A stretch of DNA of 64,000 bases from the human T2T-CHM13v2.0 reference genome, Homo sapiens. The notes under the pieces were generated by a model. That model did no database searches. It was not told the DNA's origin and saw only the letters and a program-made list of their open reading frames with translations. The position numbers and the translations under genes were made by a program. Below are positions 27,034 through 44,899 of the stretch, one piece after another. The stretch lies in the NCBI RefSeq assembly GCF_009914755.1, contig NC_060932.1; one strand, written 5' to 3'. Position 1 is the first letter of the stretch, and every line of letters starts with the position of its first letter.

Positions 27034-28056
27034 ACGGGGAAAAAACAGAACAGAAAAACTGGAAACTCTAAAAAGCAGAGCGCCTCTCCTCCTCCAAAGG
27101 AACGCAGTTCCTCACCAGCAACGGAACAAAGCTGGATGGAGAATGACTTTGACTTTGACGAGCTGAGAGCAGAAGGCTTCAAACGATCAAATTACTCTGA
27201 GCTATGGGAGGACATTCAAACCAAAGGCAAAGAAGTTGAAAACTTTGAAAAAAATTTAGAAGAATGTATAACTAGAATAACCAATACAGAGAAGTGCTTA
27301 AAGGAGCTGATGGAGCTGAAAACCAAGGCTCGAGAACTATGTGAAGAATGCAGAAGCCTCAGGAGCCGATGCGATCAACTGGAAGAAAGGGTATCAGCGA
27401 TGGAAGATGAAATGAATGACATGAAGCAAGAAGGGAAGTCTAGAGAAAAAAGAATAAAAAGAAATGAGCAAAGCCTCCAAGAAATATGGGACTATGTGAA
27501 AAGACCAAATCTACGTCTGATTGGTGTACCTGAAAGTGATGGGGAGAATGGAACCAAGTTGGAAAACACTCTGCAGGATGTTATCCAGGAGAACTTCCCC
27601 AATCTAGCAAGGCAGGCCAACGTTCAGATTCAGGAAATACAGAGAACGCCACAAAGATACTCCTGGAGAAGAGCAACTCCAAGACACATAATTGTCAGAT
27701 TCACCGAAGTTGAAATGAAGGAAAAAATGTTAAGGGCAGCCAGAGAGAAAGGTCGGGTTACCCTCAAAGGGAAGCCCATCAGACTAACAGCTGATCTCTC
27801 GGCAGAAACCCTACAAGCCAGAAGAGAGTGGGGGCCAATATTCAACATTCTTAAAGAAAAGAATTTTCAACCCAGAATTTCATATCCAGCCAAACTAAGC
27901 TTCATAAGTGAAGGAGAAATAAAATACTTTACAGACAAGCAAATGCTGAGAGATTTTGTCACCACCACGCCTGCCTTACAAGAGCTCCTGAAGGAAGCAC
28001 TAAACATGGAAAGGAACAACCGGTACCAGCCGCTGCAAAATCATGCCAAAATGTAA
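27034..28056 (+). CDS. L1 ORF1p (RNA-binding chaperone): open frame, start codon mutated to ACG, first ATG at 27136
   Basis: ACG-GKKQNRKTGNSKKQSASPPPKERSS...MENDFDFDEL...YPAKLS...NHAKM*, with no internal stop. Confidence 0.75.
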   Translation, partial: TGKKQNRKTGNSKKQSASPPPKERSSSPATEQSWMENDFDFDELRAEGFKRSNYSELWEDIQTKGKEVENFEKNLEECITRITNTEKCLKELMELKTKARELCEECRSLRSRCDQLEERVSAMEDEMNDMKQEGKSREKRIKRNEQSLQEIWDYVKRPNLRLIGVPESDGENGTKLENTLQDVIQENFPNLARQANVQIQEIQRTPQRYSWRRATPRHIIVRFTEVEMKEKMLRAAREKGRVTLKGKPIRLTADLSAETLQARREWGPIFNILKEKNFQPRISYPAKLSFISEGEIKYFTDKQMLRDFVTTTPALQELLKEALNMERNNRYQPLQNHAKM

Positions 28057-28119
28057 AGACCATCGAGACTAGGAAGAAACTGCATCAACTAACGAGCAAA
28101 ATAACCAGCTAACATCATA

Positions 28120-31945
<3,826 letters not shown>

Positions 31946-32152
31946 ACAATGAGATCACATGGACACTGGAAGGGGAATATCACACTCTGGGGACTGTTGT
32001 GGGGTGGGGGGAGGGGGGAGGGATAGCATCAGGAGATATACCTAATGCTAGATGACGAGTTAGTGGTTGCAGCACACCAGCATGGCACATGTATACATAT
32101 GTAACTAACCTGCACAATGTGCACATGTACCCTAAACCTTGGAAAGTATATT

Positions 32153-32156
<4 letters not shown>

Positions 32157-32198
<42 letters not shown>
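32157..32198. repeat. (TA)21 in place of the L1 poly(A) tail
   Basis: Lies directly between the L1 3' end and the TSD. Confidence 0.95.
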
Positions 32199-32201
<3 letters not shown>

Positions 32202-32878
32202 AAAATTAAGCAATACAACAACATAGGGGAAAGTATTTGCCACTTAATAGGCACTAAAATCATTTATTTATTTTAAAATGCTTTGTGATTTTAGAACTAG
32301 AAACCCTGGATAAGAGAATATTTGAGGCAAGTAGGTAATTATATAATCTGCTTATATACAGTGGCATCCTCACTTTTAAAGACTGGGAATCTTAAGCAAT
32401 TATTTTAGGGAAAAGCTTTTCTCTACTCTCTTGTAAGTACCAAAAAAAAAAAAAAACTATCATCTTAGGAAGCATTTGGGAAGTAGGTTCTTCTCTCTTT
32501 ACTTCATTCACTCCTCCTCATGGAAATAAGTGACACGTATTTGCAGAAATTGAAAGAATGCAATTCTTTCAATATGTACACATAGCTCAGCCTCTTCTGC
32601 ATTTCTTTTTGGCCTAGCCTGCATGTAATCCAGGTTTAACTGCTGTTTCCATGTGGAAATATTCCTGGGTCAGGGTTCAGAGCCTGATTACTAAAAAGCC
32701 GTCCAAACAGCCATCTCTCTTTGTTTCTTCTCTTAAAGCTTAATAAATGTGCGGGGGTCATTCCTCTTGGAGGTGACTAGGGATGCATCTGTCCAGCAAA
32801 TGCAGTCTCTTCATGGAAACGTCTCATTGCCTAGTCTCAAGAAGTATTTCGTCATAGGGCTACATTTTAACTTACTCC

Positions 32879-33534
<656 letters not shown>

Positions 33535-34004
33535 CATTTTAACTTTACTGTTGAATTGCCATCTGATTAATGTCTATAATCCAAACAGGTTTTGAATATA
33601 CATAGAGAGAAAGGGGGGCTATGATTGGTAAATGAAAACACGTTGTTTATGTTGGGAAAAAACAATTTTTTCTAAGGGTAACTCATCCAATTGGTACTAT
33701 CTTATGGGCTTTGTACATCCAAGATGGATATTAAAAGGTCAGGCAATTCTTTTGGAGCCATATTTCATCAATCCGTGATTATAGAGAAGATAAATCCAAG
33801 CCCAGATATCACATAGCTTTGTGGTTTTCTCACTTTCTGTATCCTCTGAACTCATTCCAAAGAGCCAAGTGATTGTGATGGAGATTTCTAGAGCTCACAA
33901 GTAGATGAGCAAATGAGTGCATTCCAATGTTCTGAGTTTGAGAATGTATTTTGATCAAATGAGTTACGAATGGCAACATTATATTTGAAAGATAAGAATT
34001 TCTT

Positions 34005-34354
<350 letters not shown>

Positions 34355-35132
34355 TTAATAGTAAAAACAAAAGTTTATCAGTTTAGAAGGTATAATGTCA
34401 TTTTTTCTTAATCAATTAGATATTTATAGTAAAACAATGACTGCAAGTTCTTCAGTAGAAGCTGAATTCGACTAGATGAGTAGTTTTAAAATATTTTAGC
34501 AACAAAGTGTTTTTAAAAAAATATATTAAATGTCGTCATGGATAATCTATACAAACCGATGAGAAAGTGGCTAACTAAGGCTAGGTAGTTTGTGGTATTA
34601 TGCCATTAGATCACCTTAGGGCCCATGAGTTCCTTCTGTGAAACATACTTCCAACATTCCATATAGCATAGTAGAAAATCAGAGTCGTGGATAGTACAGC
34701 AGGAAAAAAACACACATTCTACCTATTTTGGATCTTATTTTCTCAGATCACCATTTTCCTCTTCAATCATTATGACAATTATAAACAATTAAAAACAGCA
34801 AGACTCATAATGTGCCAAACACTAGGCCTTATATACTTTATACTTCTGATACAAAATCTGTAAAGTAATAACATAACCTTTATTAACTATTATTATTAAT
34901 GGGAAAATGAGTTCACTGCAAATTTTATACAAGCCACAATTCACAAATCATTATCATAAGTGTACATTTTTTTATCTATATTACATTTTATGTAGTGGGA
35001 TAATTTTAAAATTATAAACATCTTTAAGGGTCAAATAATTCTTCAGCATATCCTCCCTAAACATAACTTCAATAACGCTTAAATTGCTACATTACTACAT
35101 TTTGATTTTTCAATTCTGAGCATTGTATACTC

Positions 35133-36758
35133 CAAGTGTCCGCAAACATTTTCATCTCAGGACCCCTTTGCACTTTAAAAATTAAGAAGGACCTCCAAAG
35201 AACTTTTCTTTAAATGGGTTATATCTATTGATTTTTTTCTGGATACCAAATGCTATTGTTTATTAAGTATCTGCAATGTGCTGGACATATTATGTCATAT
35301 GTTTACATGTATCATATTTACATTAGATATTATCTCTAAACCTCACAACAACCCTTCAAGACCCATAATACCAAGTCTATATTTCAAATGGGAAATGAGC
35401 TCAGAGGGGACAAATAACTTGCTCAGGTTTCTCAGTTTCCATGGAAGTGGCACAGATAGAATCTGAACCCTGCTTGTAACTACTTGGTGAATGGAAAAGA
35501 GAAGTATATGTATATGTATATATTTACCATACTACAAATTAAAACTTAGAAATTTTACAAGTTGTTTATTACATTTTGGTGTAATAATAATGTATGCAAA
35601 TTACACCAATAACATCTTTCTATGAAAAATAACAGCATTTTCTGAAACAAAAATACTTAGTAAGAAGAGTGGCTTGCTTTACATTTTTGCAAATATCTTT
35701 AATGTCTACTTAATAGAGAATAACTGGATTCTCACACCTACTTCTGTACTGTCTGTCACAAAACATTGTTTTGAAGTATATGAAGAAAATCCAGCCTCAC
35801 AACGCATATACTTGAGAAAGAGAAATTCTATCACACAATTGTGGATATTTTTCTTTGATACTAAATAAAAACTAGACAATAGCACTTTCTTAACATTTAG
35901 CTGCAATTTAAAACCTGAAACTATATTAAACTCTTACATTAAAATCTACTGGTCTCTCTTGTACCTTGAGGATCTTTTACCCAAATATAGGTGATTTGAT
36001 AACATGCATACATTTGGACATTTGGAAAACATTGGCTATGATGCAGGTCATCCAGTGTTGACACACTTCCCTTTTTAATATCAAAAATTCATGTTCATTA
36101 GTACCACCAGTGACCACATGTGAAAAGTCTTTAAGTATTTGGAGGCTGTCAAGTCATTAAAAAAGTTGCAAAAATTCTCATCTTTGTTTGAAAATTCAAA
36201 TTTTATCACTGACAATAAATACTGTCTATTGAATTGACAGGCTCACTTTGTTTATTTTTGAGAAAATGTCTATCAAATGTCCAAATATGAATACTCATAT
36301 TTGTATAGCAGTTTTTTGCTTTAATAAAAACAGCATTCCATGTAAAAGGTTTAGATCACAACTCAATTGCATAAGTACACTTTTTCAAAACAACCATTGC
36401 AGTCAGTGTCTGGGGGAAGTGTTGTATGTGGACTTACCATTTCATCCCACAGAATATTTTAAAAATGTGTACCCAATGGTTACAACGTAATAAAATTAAT
36501 ATTTTTACCTCATCAGGTAAATTCTTCAGTAATACTCTAAAAATTTTTTTTGAAGTATACAATGACAAGGACATCTTGGAGTCTACTCCTTTCTTTGTGT
36601 TGATGCACTGTTGATCAGCAGTTTTAACACCGTGTGCAATGGAACAGGCAAATAACACTAAGCATTATTCTAAAAATAGTGTTGAGTCCATAGACCACCT
36701 AAGAATGTCTTTGGGATTCCCCAGGGGTCTGTGTACTAAACTCAGAGAATTATCACTC
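35133..36758. mobile_element. Charlie1a-like hAT DNA transposon (non-autonomous) with an internal insert
   Basis: Ends resemble Charlie1: caaacattttcatctcaggacccctttgcactttaaaaatt...ccaaagaactttt and gggattccccaggggtctgtg...gagaa. Internal Charlie1 text is present throughout. Confidence 0.78.
35250..35472 (-). mobile_element. MIR inside Charlie1
   Basis: cctcacaacaaccct...tttcaaatgggaaatgagctcagaggggacaaataacttgctcagg...gtggcacagatagaatctgaaccc. Confidence 0.7.
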
Positions 36759-37578
36759 TCTTCTTCTATTAAAGAGAAACACCTAAATCTGTTTTATATA
36801 CCAATATATGCACACTTCTGCCTGTAACTTTCATTTTTCATTTCCCCTATCCTCCAGAAACAAATGTATGAATGTTAAAATTGTTGCTTTCACAGGGATT
36901 AAAACTTATTTAGTTTTCTCTCACTTTTTGTACAGTTTTCATGAACTATTATCTTAGCTGCACACTTCGTGTCAAATATGTAGATCTCTTCTTGCTATGT
37001 TCGAACATAATAGGAATTGTATCAGGTTCATCCTTCAGGAAGTCTCTGTAGAATTTTCTGGCCTGCTCTGAACTTAATTTGTTAAATCCTAGACTTCTCA
37101 TAGAATTTGTTACCCCCGAATTGCCATTCACCATAATCTTGAGACTAACCTTCCCCATTCTCTTCTTGGTCTTTCAATTTTCTATATCCTACAGCTCTCT
37201 CTTAGATTGCTCCTTTATTTTAATGGAGTTTGTTCCAGTCACCTCCAAAGAATAGAATCATGTGATATAAATGTCTTAGACCTTGCAAGTCTACAAATTC
37301 TGAGGTACATTCAAGTCAAATATTAGTTTTCCTGGGTATGGAATACCAGATTGAAAATATCTGCCCTCAGGATCTAGAAAGCATTTCTCTGGCACCACCT
37401 ACTTCTCAGACTTGGGTTGACAAACTCCGGTGCCATTTTCATTCTTGATTCTTTTCTCTCTGAACTGTGTTTAAATTTTTATTTTATTTGCTCCAAAAAT
37501 GGGAAGTATTATGATAACGTGTCTTGGTGAAGGTCTTCTATTTTCTATTTTGTTGAGAATTCAGTAGGTGTTTGGTCC

Positions 37579-38054
37579 TGTTAGATATGAATTCTAAATT
37601 TCTCTTCAAAGAATCAATATGTCAGTGTGCTCAATTCTTTGCCCTCTACTTTTAAACTTAACTTCCTCATAAAGCAACCTTTTTCAATCATCTGCTCCAC
37701 CCCGAGTCATTCCGATTACCTGCTCCACCCTGACTCATTCCAATTTCGTGCTCTGCTATAACCATTTTTCCTGCCAAACCACTCACCCCATCACTCTCTT
37801 TAAATTAGCCAATCAGAATTAGTTTAGCCTGTGCAGTCTAACCCTAGCCAATAGGGAAACGACACAGCAGCAGGGGCCACGGGTGTCAAGAATAAGAACT
37901 CCTTCCCCTCCCTTGTCCAGGTGTGCACTCACCATTGCTCCATCTGTGAGGGCGCACCCTTCTATAGAAGTAAATTGCCTTGCTGAGAAGAAAAAAAGAA
38001 AATGTGATATTTTAGTGCTATTTCTTTTGTGGCACTGAAACTTTATTTATAACA
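37579..38054 (+). mobile_element. Solo LTR10 (LTR10F-like, HERV-I/ERV1)
   Basis: TG...CA termini; TSD GTCC at 37575-37578 and 38055-38058; starts TGTTAGATATGAATTCTAAATTTCTCTTCAAAG. Contains a 28-bp AP-1 repeat, two CCAAT boxes and AGTAAA. Confidence 0.85.
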
Positions 38055-41000
38055 GTCCCAGGAAATATTCTTGAATCACTTTGTCACTAATGTGTTCAAC
38101 TCCATTTTCTCCATTTGATTGTTTTGAAACTACTAGTATTTTGATACTGAACCACATAGACTAGTCCTGTAATACTGCTATATATTTCTTTCTGAACTGT
38201 TCATATTTTTCTTTTTCATTTGTTCTCCTTTTGCTTAATTTTGCTCAAATTTGACTTCAATACTTCTATTAGTACTTTTGTGTCTGGTAACAGGGTTTTC
38301 ACATCCAAGTGCTCTTCTAAATTCTTTATAAATTATCATTTTAAATAGAACAATCTATTTAAAAGTATCCTTTTCTTATCATATGAAAACAAATTCTGCC
38401 TTACTGGTCAGGATAGTCTTTAATTTTTTTAAATTATCCTTTCATATTACTTCCTCCAAGTAGCTGGGTTTTTGTTTTTGTTTTAGCTTTCTGTCTCTGT
38501 ATTTTATTAGATATTATCTATAGTAACCTTCTTCTTATATCAGGGACTACAAAATTATTAGTAGCTCTTCGTGTGTGAGAGGGCCTCTTTGGCTATCACC
38601 TTTAGAGTAAGATAACTTAGATTAATTTGGAACTGATATTGTTATTATCTTCAGTTCCTGTGTTTTGGGATTGTCAGACATCCCAGAAATGTCTTCCCCA
38701 ATTTCCTGCCTGGAGGGTGTAATTTTGGCTGATAGTAATCTTTGAACCAGATGCACTAAGAAAAATAAAGATTTCAAGGTTTAGTGTGTAAATAGTCACT
38801 TAATGTCCCTATTTTGAACATAATACATCTAGCCTCCATTGTACTTGTTATCCTTCAATGCATAGATTGTCTCTTTGACAATGTCCTGAGAATTACCTAC
38901 ATGCTGCATTCATGGAGAGGTTGAAATAGGCCGCCCATCCAGATGAACAGAATGTAAGGGAACACAGGAAATACAACTGCTGCCAGATTGGTGAGCCTTT
39001 GGTATCAGCTCGCTTTTTAGTTTACTACAACTGTTTCTGGTTTATAGCTTTTAAAATCTGATGAGTTACTTATCCTTCATTAATCTGTTTTCCATGTTCT
39101 AAAACTGGATTGCTACTATCAGACTTTCCTCTTCATCATTATGGTTTTATATATTTTGTAAAAAATTATCTTATAAGGGCTTCTGGTGGGATTGGAGGTC
39201 AATGTTTGCATTAAAACTGCCATTTTATGCAGTAGCCAGCTAATACAGCCTTATGTACAAATGATGTTTGAATACATAAACTTTTATTATAACATACATA
39301 TAGATAAGTGTATAAACCATAAGTATACATGAGTATAACCAGAAAAAGAGCCTGACCATTATTCACATACCAGTAGCCTCCTTCATATCCTGAGCCCAAA
39401 GGTAAGTATTATTTTTATATCTGTCACCACACATTTATTTAGTTATATTGACTATTTTTAAACTTTATGTAAATGGATTAATACAGTGTGTACTCTATTT
39501 TATGCTGCTCTTTTTACTCAAATTTTTTTTGTGAAAATCTTTCATACTGTAGGATATAACAATATTTGCACCCTTTCATTGTTGTATAGTTTTCCATTTA
39601 TAACCCTAATAATGGGGTTTTTACTTGTTTCCCATTATGGAGTAATACACATAATGCTGCTTTTAAAGTTCTTGCCCATGACTTTTGTTGTACATGAAAT
39701 TAAATTTCTTTGGCTGTATATCCAGAAGTGAAATGTCTTCCTCATAGGTGGTGTGTATTTTAAACAAAACCCTACAATTTCAAACATTTGGAACTTTTAA
39801 AGTTATTGAAATATTAAGTAAAGAATTCCAAAAGTCCTCATATAGTAATTCATCATTTCTTACACATGGAAAATAGAGTACTTTTGTTTGATTTTTATAG
39901 AGAGAAATTTTTAATACACAAGGTTTCCAAATAAAGTTACAGTGAAATGGGTAGGAGTTAAGAAATAAAAATTAATAATATTCATATGTCACTAATATGA
40001 AATGCAAATGAATTAGCATAAGAAACCTCCTCTGAAAGATGGACAAATACTAATCATATTCCAGGATATTGATTGGAATATATTTAGCATTAGGAAACAC
40101 AAGCAGTTCAAATGTTTCGTAGGCTCAGGGCCTATTTCTGATAAACCAAATTCAAACTTGTAAGGAGCATAAATTCTCTTTCCAATCTTGCACATATGCA
40201 GCCTTTTGATGAATGGTAAGTTTTGGAATTTAGGGCCACAGCCTATCACCCTAATTTTACTTCCTTTTGCCATTGTTTCTTCTGCTTATATTCTGCACCT
40301 CCCAAAAATTTATTATCACAGTATCATCAAAACTTTCACTCTCATGTTTTACAAATTTTATTACTCAATATCTAGGAGGAGGAAATTATATTCCAGAATA
40401 CTATATCTATATTGATAACTAAAGAAAAGAATGTAAATTTCCACATTGTCTATACATTTTTGTCATTTTGATTTGTGTTAAAAATATACCTCCTCTAATT
40501 TCACCCATTCTCTTATTAGCTAAAACTTACATTTCTCATGCATCTTGCTTTTCTCTTACAAGAAGGCCACTCACTTCCTCATTTTTTCCTTCACCATAAA
40601 GTTCAGAAGGTTCTAACATTCCTCAGGTTCCACACTGTCTTCCAACTATCACTCCTCCCATGAAACTCCAAGCACACCACCTTCTTATCCTTGTTACAAT
40701 TATCTATTAGAGTCATAAGATGATGCTATTTTTAAAAGACTATAGCACCTGACTCACTTTCTTTTCACCTTCATATTCTACCATCACGAGTATATCAATA
40801 TGCATGATTATCACCAACATACATCATCTAAAGTTAAGTTCCTGTAATTTAATGTTTGTTGTAGTTTAACCACCTTTCTACTTTGGTATAATTTTTATAT
40901 GACCACAAACTAAACTTGATGCATTTTCCCCCATAATGTGTCCCACATATTGATACATGAAATTTCTCTTTTCACATCCTTCTTTTACCACTATTTCAAT

Positions 41001-41679
41001 CATTCCACTGAATTCACACTTCAAATACAGGAAATCTATCAGTTTGTTAAATCTTCATAAGTATCATGCTCTTCCAGTTCCTTCAGGGCTTTCAGTTTCT
41101 TTATTTTTTTTCAGATAGTTCGGCTCTCCTTTCACTAAAACCTCATATCCCCACAACCTTCCACTGTACTTGATCTTGACAATTCCCAACCATGGTTAAA
41201 ACCAATGGTCTATTTGTATTATCTGAATAAAATTATGTAATCTGGAAAAACCAATAGTTCTTAACTTCAAATAGACCCTCAACTGTTGCTTGATGGTCTT
41301 TGCACAAGTTTCTAGTTGTTTAACTTTTCTATTTTCTTCTGTGGCTAGTCTTAGCCACTTCCTTTCACTCAGCCAAACCAAACTAAACTAAACAAACAAC
41401 ATAAACTATCCCATTAAAAAAATGAATACTTGAAATATGCTCAAATATAACCACAGGGCCACATTTCCTGGCATCTTTTCTATAGTCTCCATCTCAAGCC
41501 AAGGTAATCTTGCCCACTTGTGTCATTGCCAAGAAACCCTTCCATTCTCCTCTGAATTTGCAACCTTATTATCTTCTCCCTTACTCACCTTCATCATTTG
41601 TTCCTGTCAATCATCCTAGAAATATGTTAAGTATCCCCCCATTCAAAAGAAAATATTAATATTTAAAATTCACCCTTGA

Positions 41680-44050
41680 AGAGGGAGTAACTTTACAATT
41701 GAGAAACGTGATAAACCTTACTTAAATTAGGTGACCAAGGTCAGCTCCAACAGTCATAAATCATGTTGATGGTATGTAACTTTGATGTGATATAGTGAAG
41801 TAGCACTTTACTTCTTTAGTCTTCCTTCCCCAAGCCCATGCCGTTTTAAACTATGAGGAACTGTACTGTCCTAAACTGGCAAGGTCATCCAAAACAAGGA
41901 AAGTCTGAAAAATTATCACGGTCAAGAGTAGCTAAAGATACATGATGACTAAATATAAGGTGATGTCCTGGATGGAATCTTGGACGAGAATGGGGGCATT
42001 AGGCAAAAATTAAGATAATCTGAATAAAGTATGGTCTTTCGTTAATAATAATGTCTCAGTATAGGTAACATATATACCATAAAAATGTAAGATCTTAATA
42101 ATAGGTTAAACTGTGTGTATGGGGGGAGCGAGACATGGGAACTCTCTTTACTCTCTGCTCAATTTTTTGTAAATCCAAAATTATTCTAAAAACTAAAGCC
42201 TTTTAAGAAAATTAAAACGAAAAAAGTAGGTCAAGAGTTAGGCAGTTGGACATGAAACAATTACCTGTATTAATAAAGCTGATATTTATATTAGCAATTG
42301 AAGCTTAAGTCTGTGACTATAATCTATCTTCTGATTCTAAACTCCAGAATTTGTCAGAATAATGAACAAAGTACAGCTTACAATGGAAAAACCCAGGCTT
42401 CTCCATGTTAAGATACTTCCTTAAAACTTACAAGAGCAAGGGACAAAACTGACCAGACCAGAGCTGCATACTCTGGGCAGCGAGTTCTCAAGAAGTAGGA
42501 AAGAGGAAACAGATCTTATCTGCAAATGCTAATTTGTAGCCCCAAAAATGCCACTGGAATTTTTTGGGAGACGCTAGTGTGAGAGGACAGGCCAGGATTA
42601 CAGCTAATCAAGGCCTCTTGACACAGAAAAAATGGCAGAATGGGATATCCCTCCGAGAGAGAAGACTGATTCCAAGAAAAAGTCTCATATGTCCCAGTTA
42701 CAAAAAGAAAAAAACAGAAAAATCCCCCCTGAAGTTTCCTGATGTGAGTTCAGCTGGTAGAATCTGAACAAGGCAAGGAGAGCATCCTCCTGGAGGGAGA
42801 AACAGCGTGAGGTATCAGAACCCAAGTGTGATGAGGATAGTCACACAGACAAAGGGGTAGCAGTAGCAATGGAAAACTGGTAACATGTTAGGGGTATTTG
42901 ATTTAAAAGAAAGTAACTATATAAAAGGTAATAAGAGCCATATATCTTACTATCTTACTGCAAGAGAAGAGTAACACAAAGTAGGACCATTAAACTGTAG
43001 TGATTAGCTGGCAATGGAAATACCTATGTGAAGTGAACTCATAGTTTTCATCATGTATACAGACAACATGTAAATACATATATTTAGCATAACTAGGCAC
43101 CAAATTTAAGCTTATAAATACTATTTTGCATTAAAAGAAACTGAGACTCTTTGAAGAGATGACTACTTTGAGGTCAGCAGGAGGGAAAGTACAATAAGTC
43201 TGCAATATCTTGCACCACGAAGTGGAGACATTATCAAGAATGATGAGGAGAGGGCAAAAGGGCACAGGAGCCAGAATGAAAAGGATCTCACTCCCCATTT
43301 CTGGAACAAGTTGAGAATCAAGATAAATAGTGGAAGTAGTAAATTATAACTCATCAAACAATAGGAATTTGTATAGATATAAGTCAATTAATTAATTACA
43401 AGTTTAATGAATACAGTTTTATATAGCTTCAAAATATCTTCCAACAAAAATATTAAGTATAAAAAGAAAACATAACTCCACGTCATAGACATAGACAACA
43501 CCACTTCAATCTAGTGATCAAAGTGGACACCATAAATAATGGGAAAAATTACAAGTGTGCCCACCTACTAGAATGAGAATATGGCATAACGTCTATTCTA
43601 CTAAAGAAGTGGCACTTGACCCTAACAATGGGAAAACTGAGAGACATACTACAGAATATTTTAACTGTAATCCTCAATAAAGAAAAGATAATAAAATCAA
43701 AGAAAGACTGAGAAACTGTTTCAGAATGAATGAAAGTAAAGATTTCTGAAAACTAAAAGGAATGCATGATTTCAAACTGAATATTTTTGCTGTATTGAAG
43801 GTTATTGTGACATTTTGTAAAAGTTAAATGGGATTAGAGTTAAATGGCAATCATGTGTCAATATTAATTATGTGGTTTGATGGTTAAATTGTTACTATAT
43901 AGGAGAATGTTTTTGTTTATAAGAAAAACCTACTAAGGAATTCAGAGGTGATGTGGCATCAGGTTGACAATCTACTTTCAAACAGTTCAGAAAAATAAGT
44001 GTTTTGCATTGCACTCACAAGTTTCCTTTAAGTCTGAGATTGTCTAGAAA
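41680..44050 (+). mobile_element. Old L1MC/MD-type 3' fragments
   Basis: gtaactttacaattgagaaac, aaaacaaggaaagtctgaaaa, atgggaactctctttactctc, gtgatcaaagtggacacca, ctgagaaactgtttcaga. Confidence 0.6.
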
Positions 44051-44899
44051 ATTTACCCCGAAGAATCTGCCTCATTCTCAGGTAAATAGTCCATTTTAAT
44101 CTTATGGTTGTTAAACTTCTTAGAAGATGTGTCTCTTCCACATCCCCATTTTTATCAACCGCAGCTTGAAATTCTTCCAACAGCAATCTAACAAATTACT
44201 GTTATCTTAGAATTAACTGTTGGCATTCTTTTTTATTTTTTAAACAATTTATTTTCCTAAATCTAAAATAATACATATTCATTAAAGATAATTTGCCATT
44301 TACAGAAAAAATTAAAAGTGGAAAAACAAAACACTGTAATCTGATCATCAAAGGATGATTATAACTAAAATTTGGGCCTTTTGCCTTCTGATCATTTTAT
44401 TTTGCAGAAATATACTTGCCCTCCTATCATCCTTTCTAATCATAGATATATTTGTGAAGTGAGTTTATGAGCAAGGTCTCCAGTTGCATTCTTTTCATTA
44501 ACTCATGGGCTTAATTTATCTTGTTTTTTTATCTACCATTTTGTCAAAACTGCCTTTGTCAAGGTCCTCAACATTTACATAACCAAATTCATTGAGTAGT
44601 TGTCATGTCTTCTAATATTTTAATTTGACCAGTATTTACACAGCTGAAAATTAACAATTCCTTGAAATAACTTGAAATTACACCTTGCTTGGAGTGAAGT
44701 CATTCCTGTTTTTTTTTTTTTTTCTTGGTTTTTTTTTTCTTAACTGGCTGATCCTTGGATGCCCTTTCCCAGGCGCTTTTGTTGGTTCCTTCTCATAGCT
44801 CCAAATTCTAAAGGTCTGAGCATCCCAGACTTTCACGCTTGGATCTTTTCTATATTTATGTATGGATTCCTAGATGAATTATACATGAAGTTATTATGT

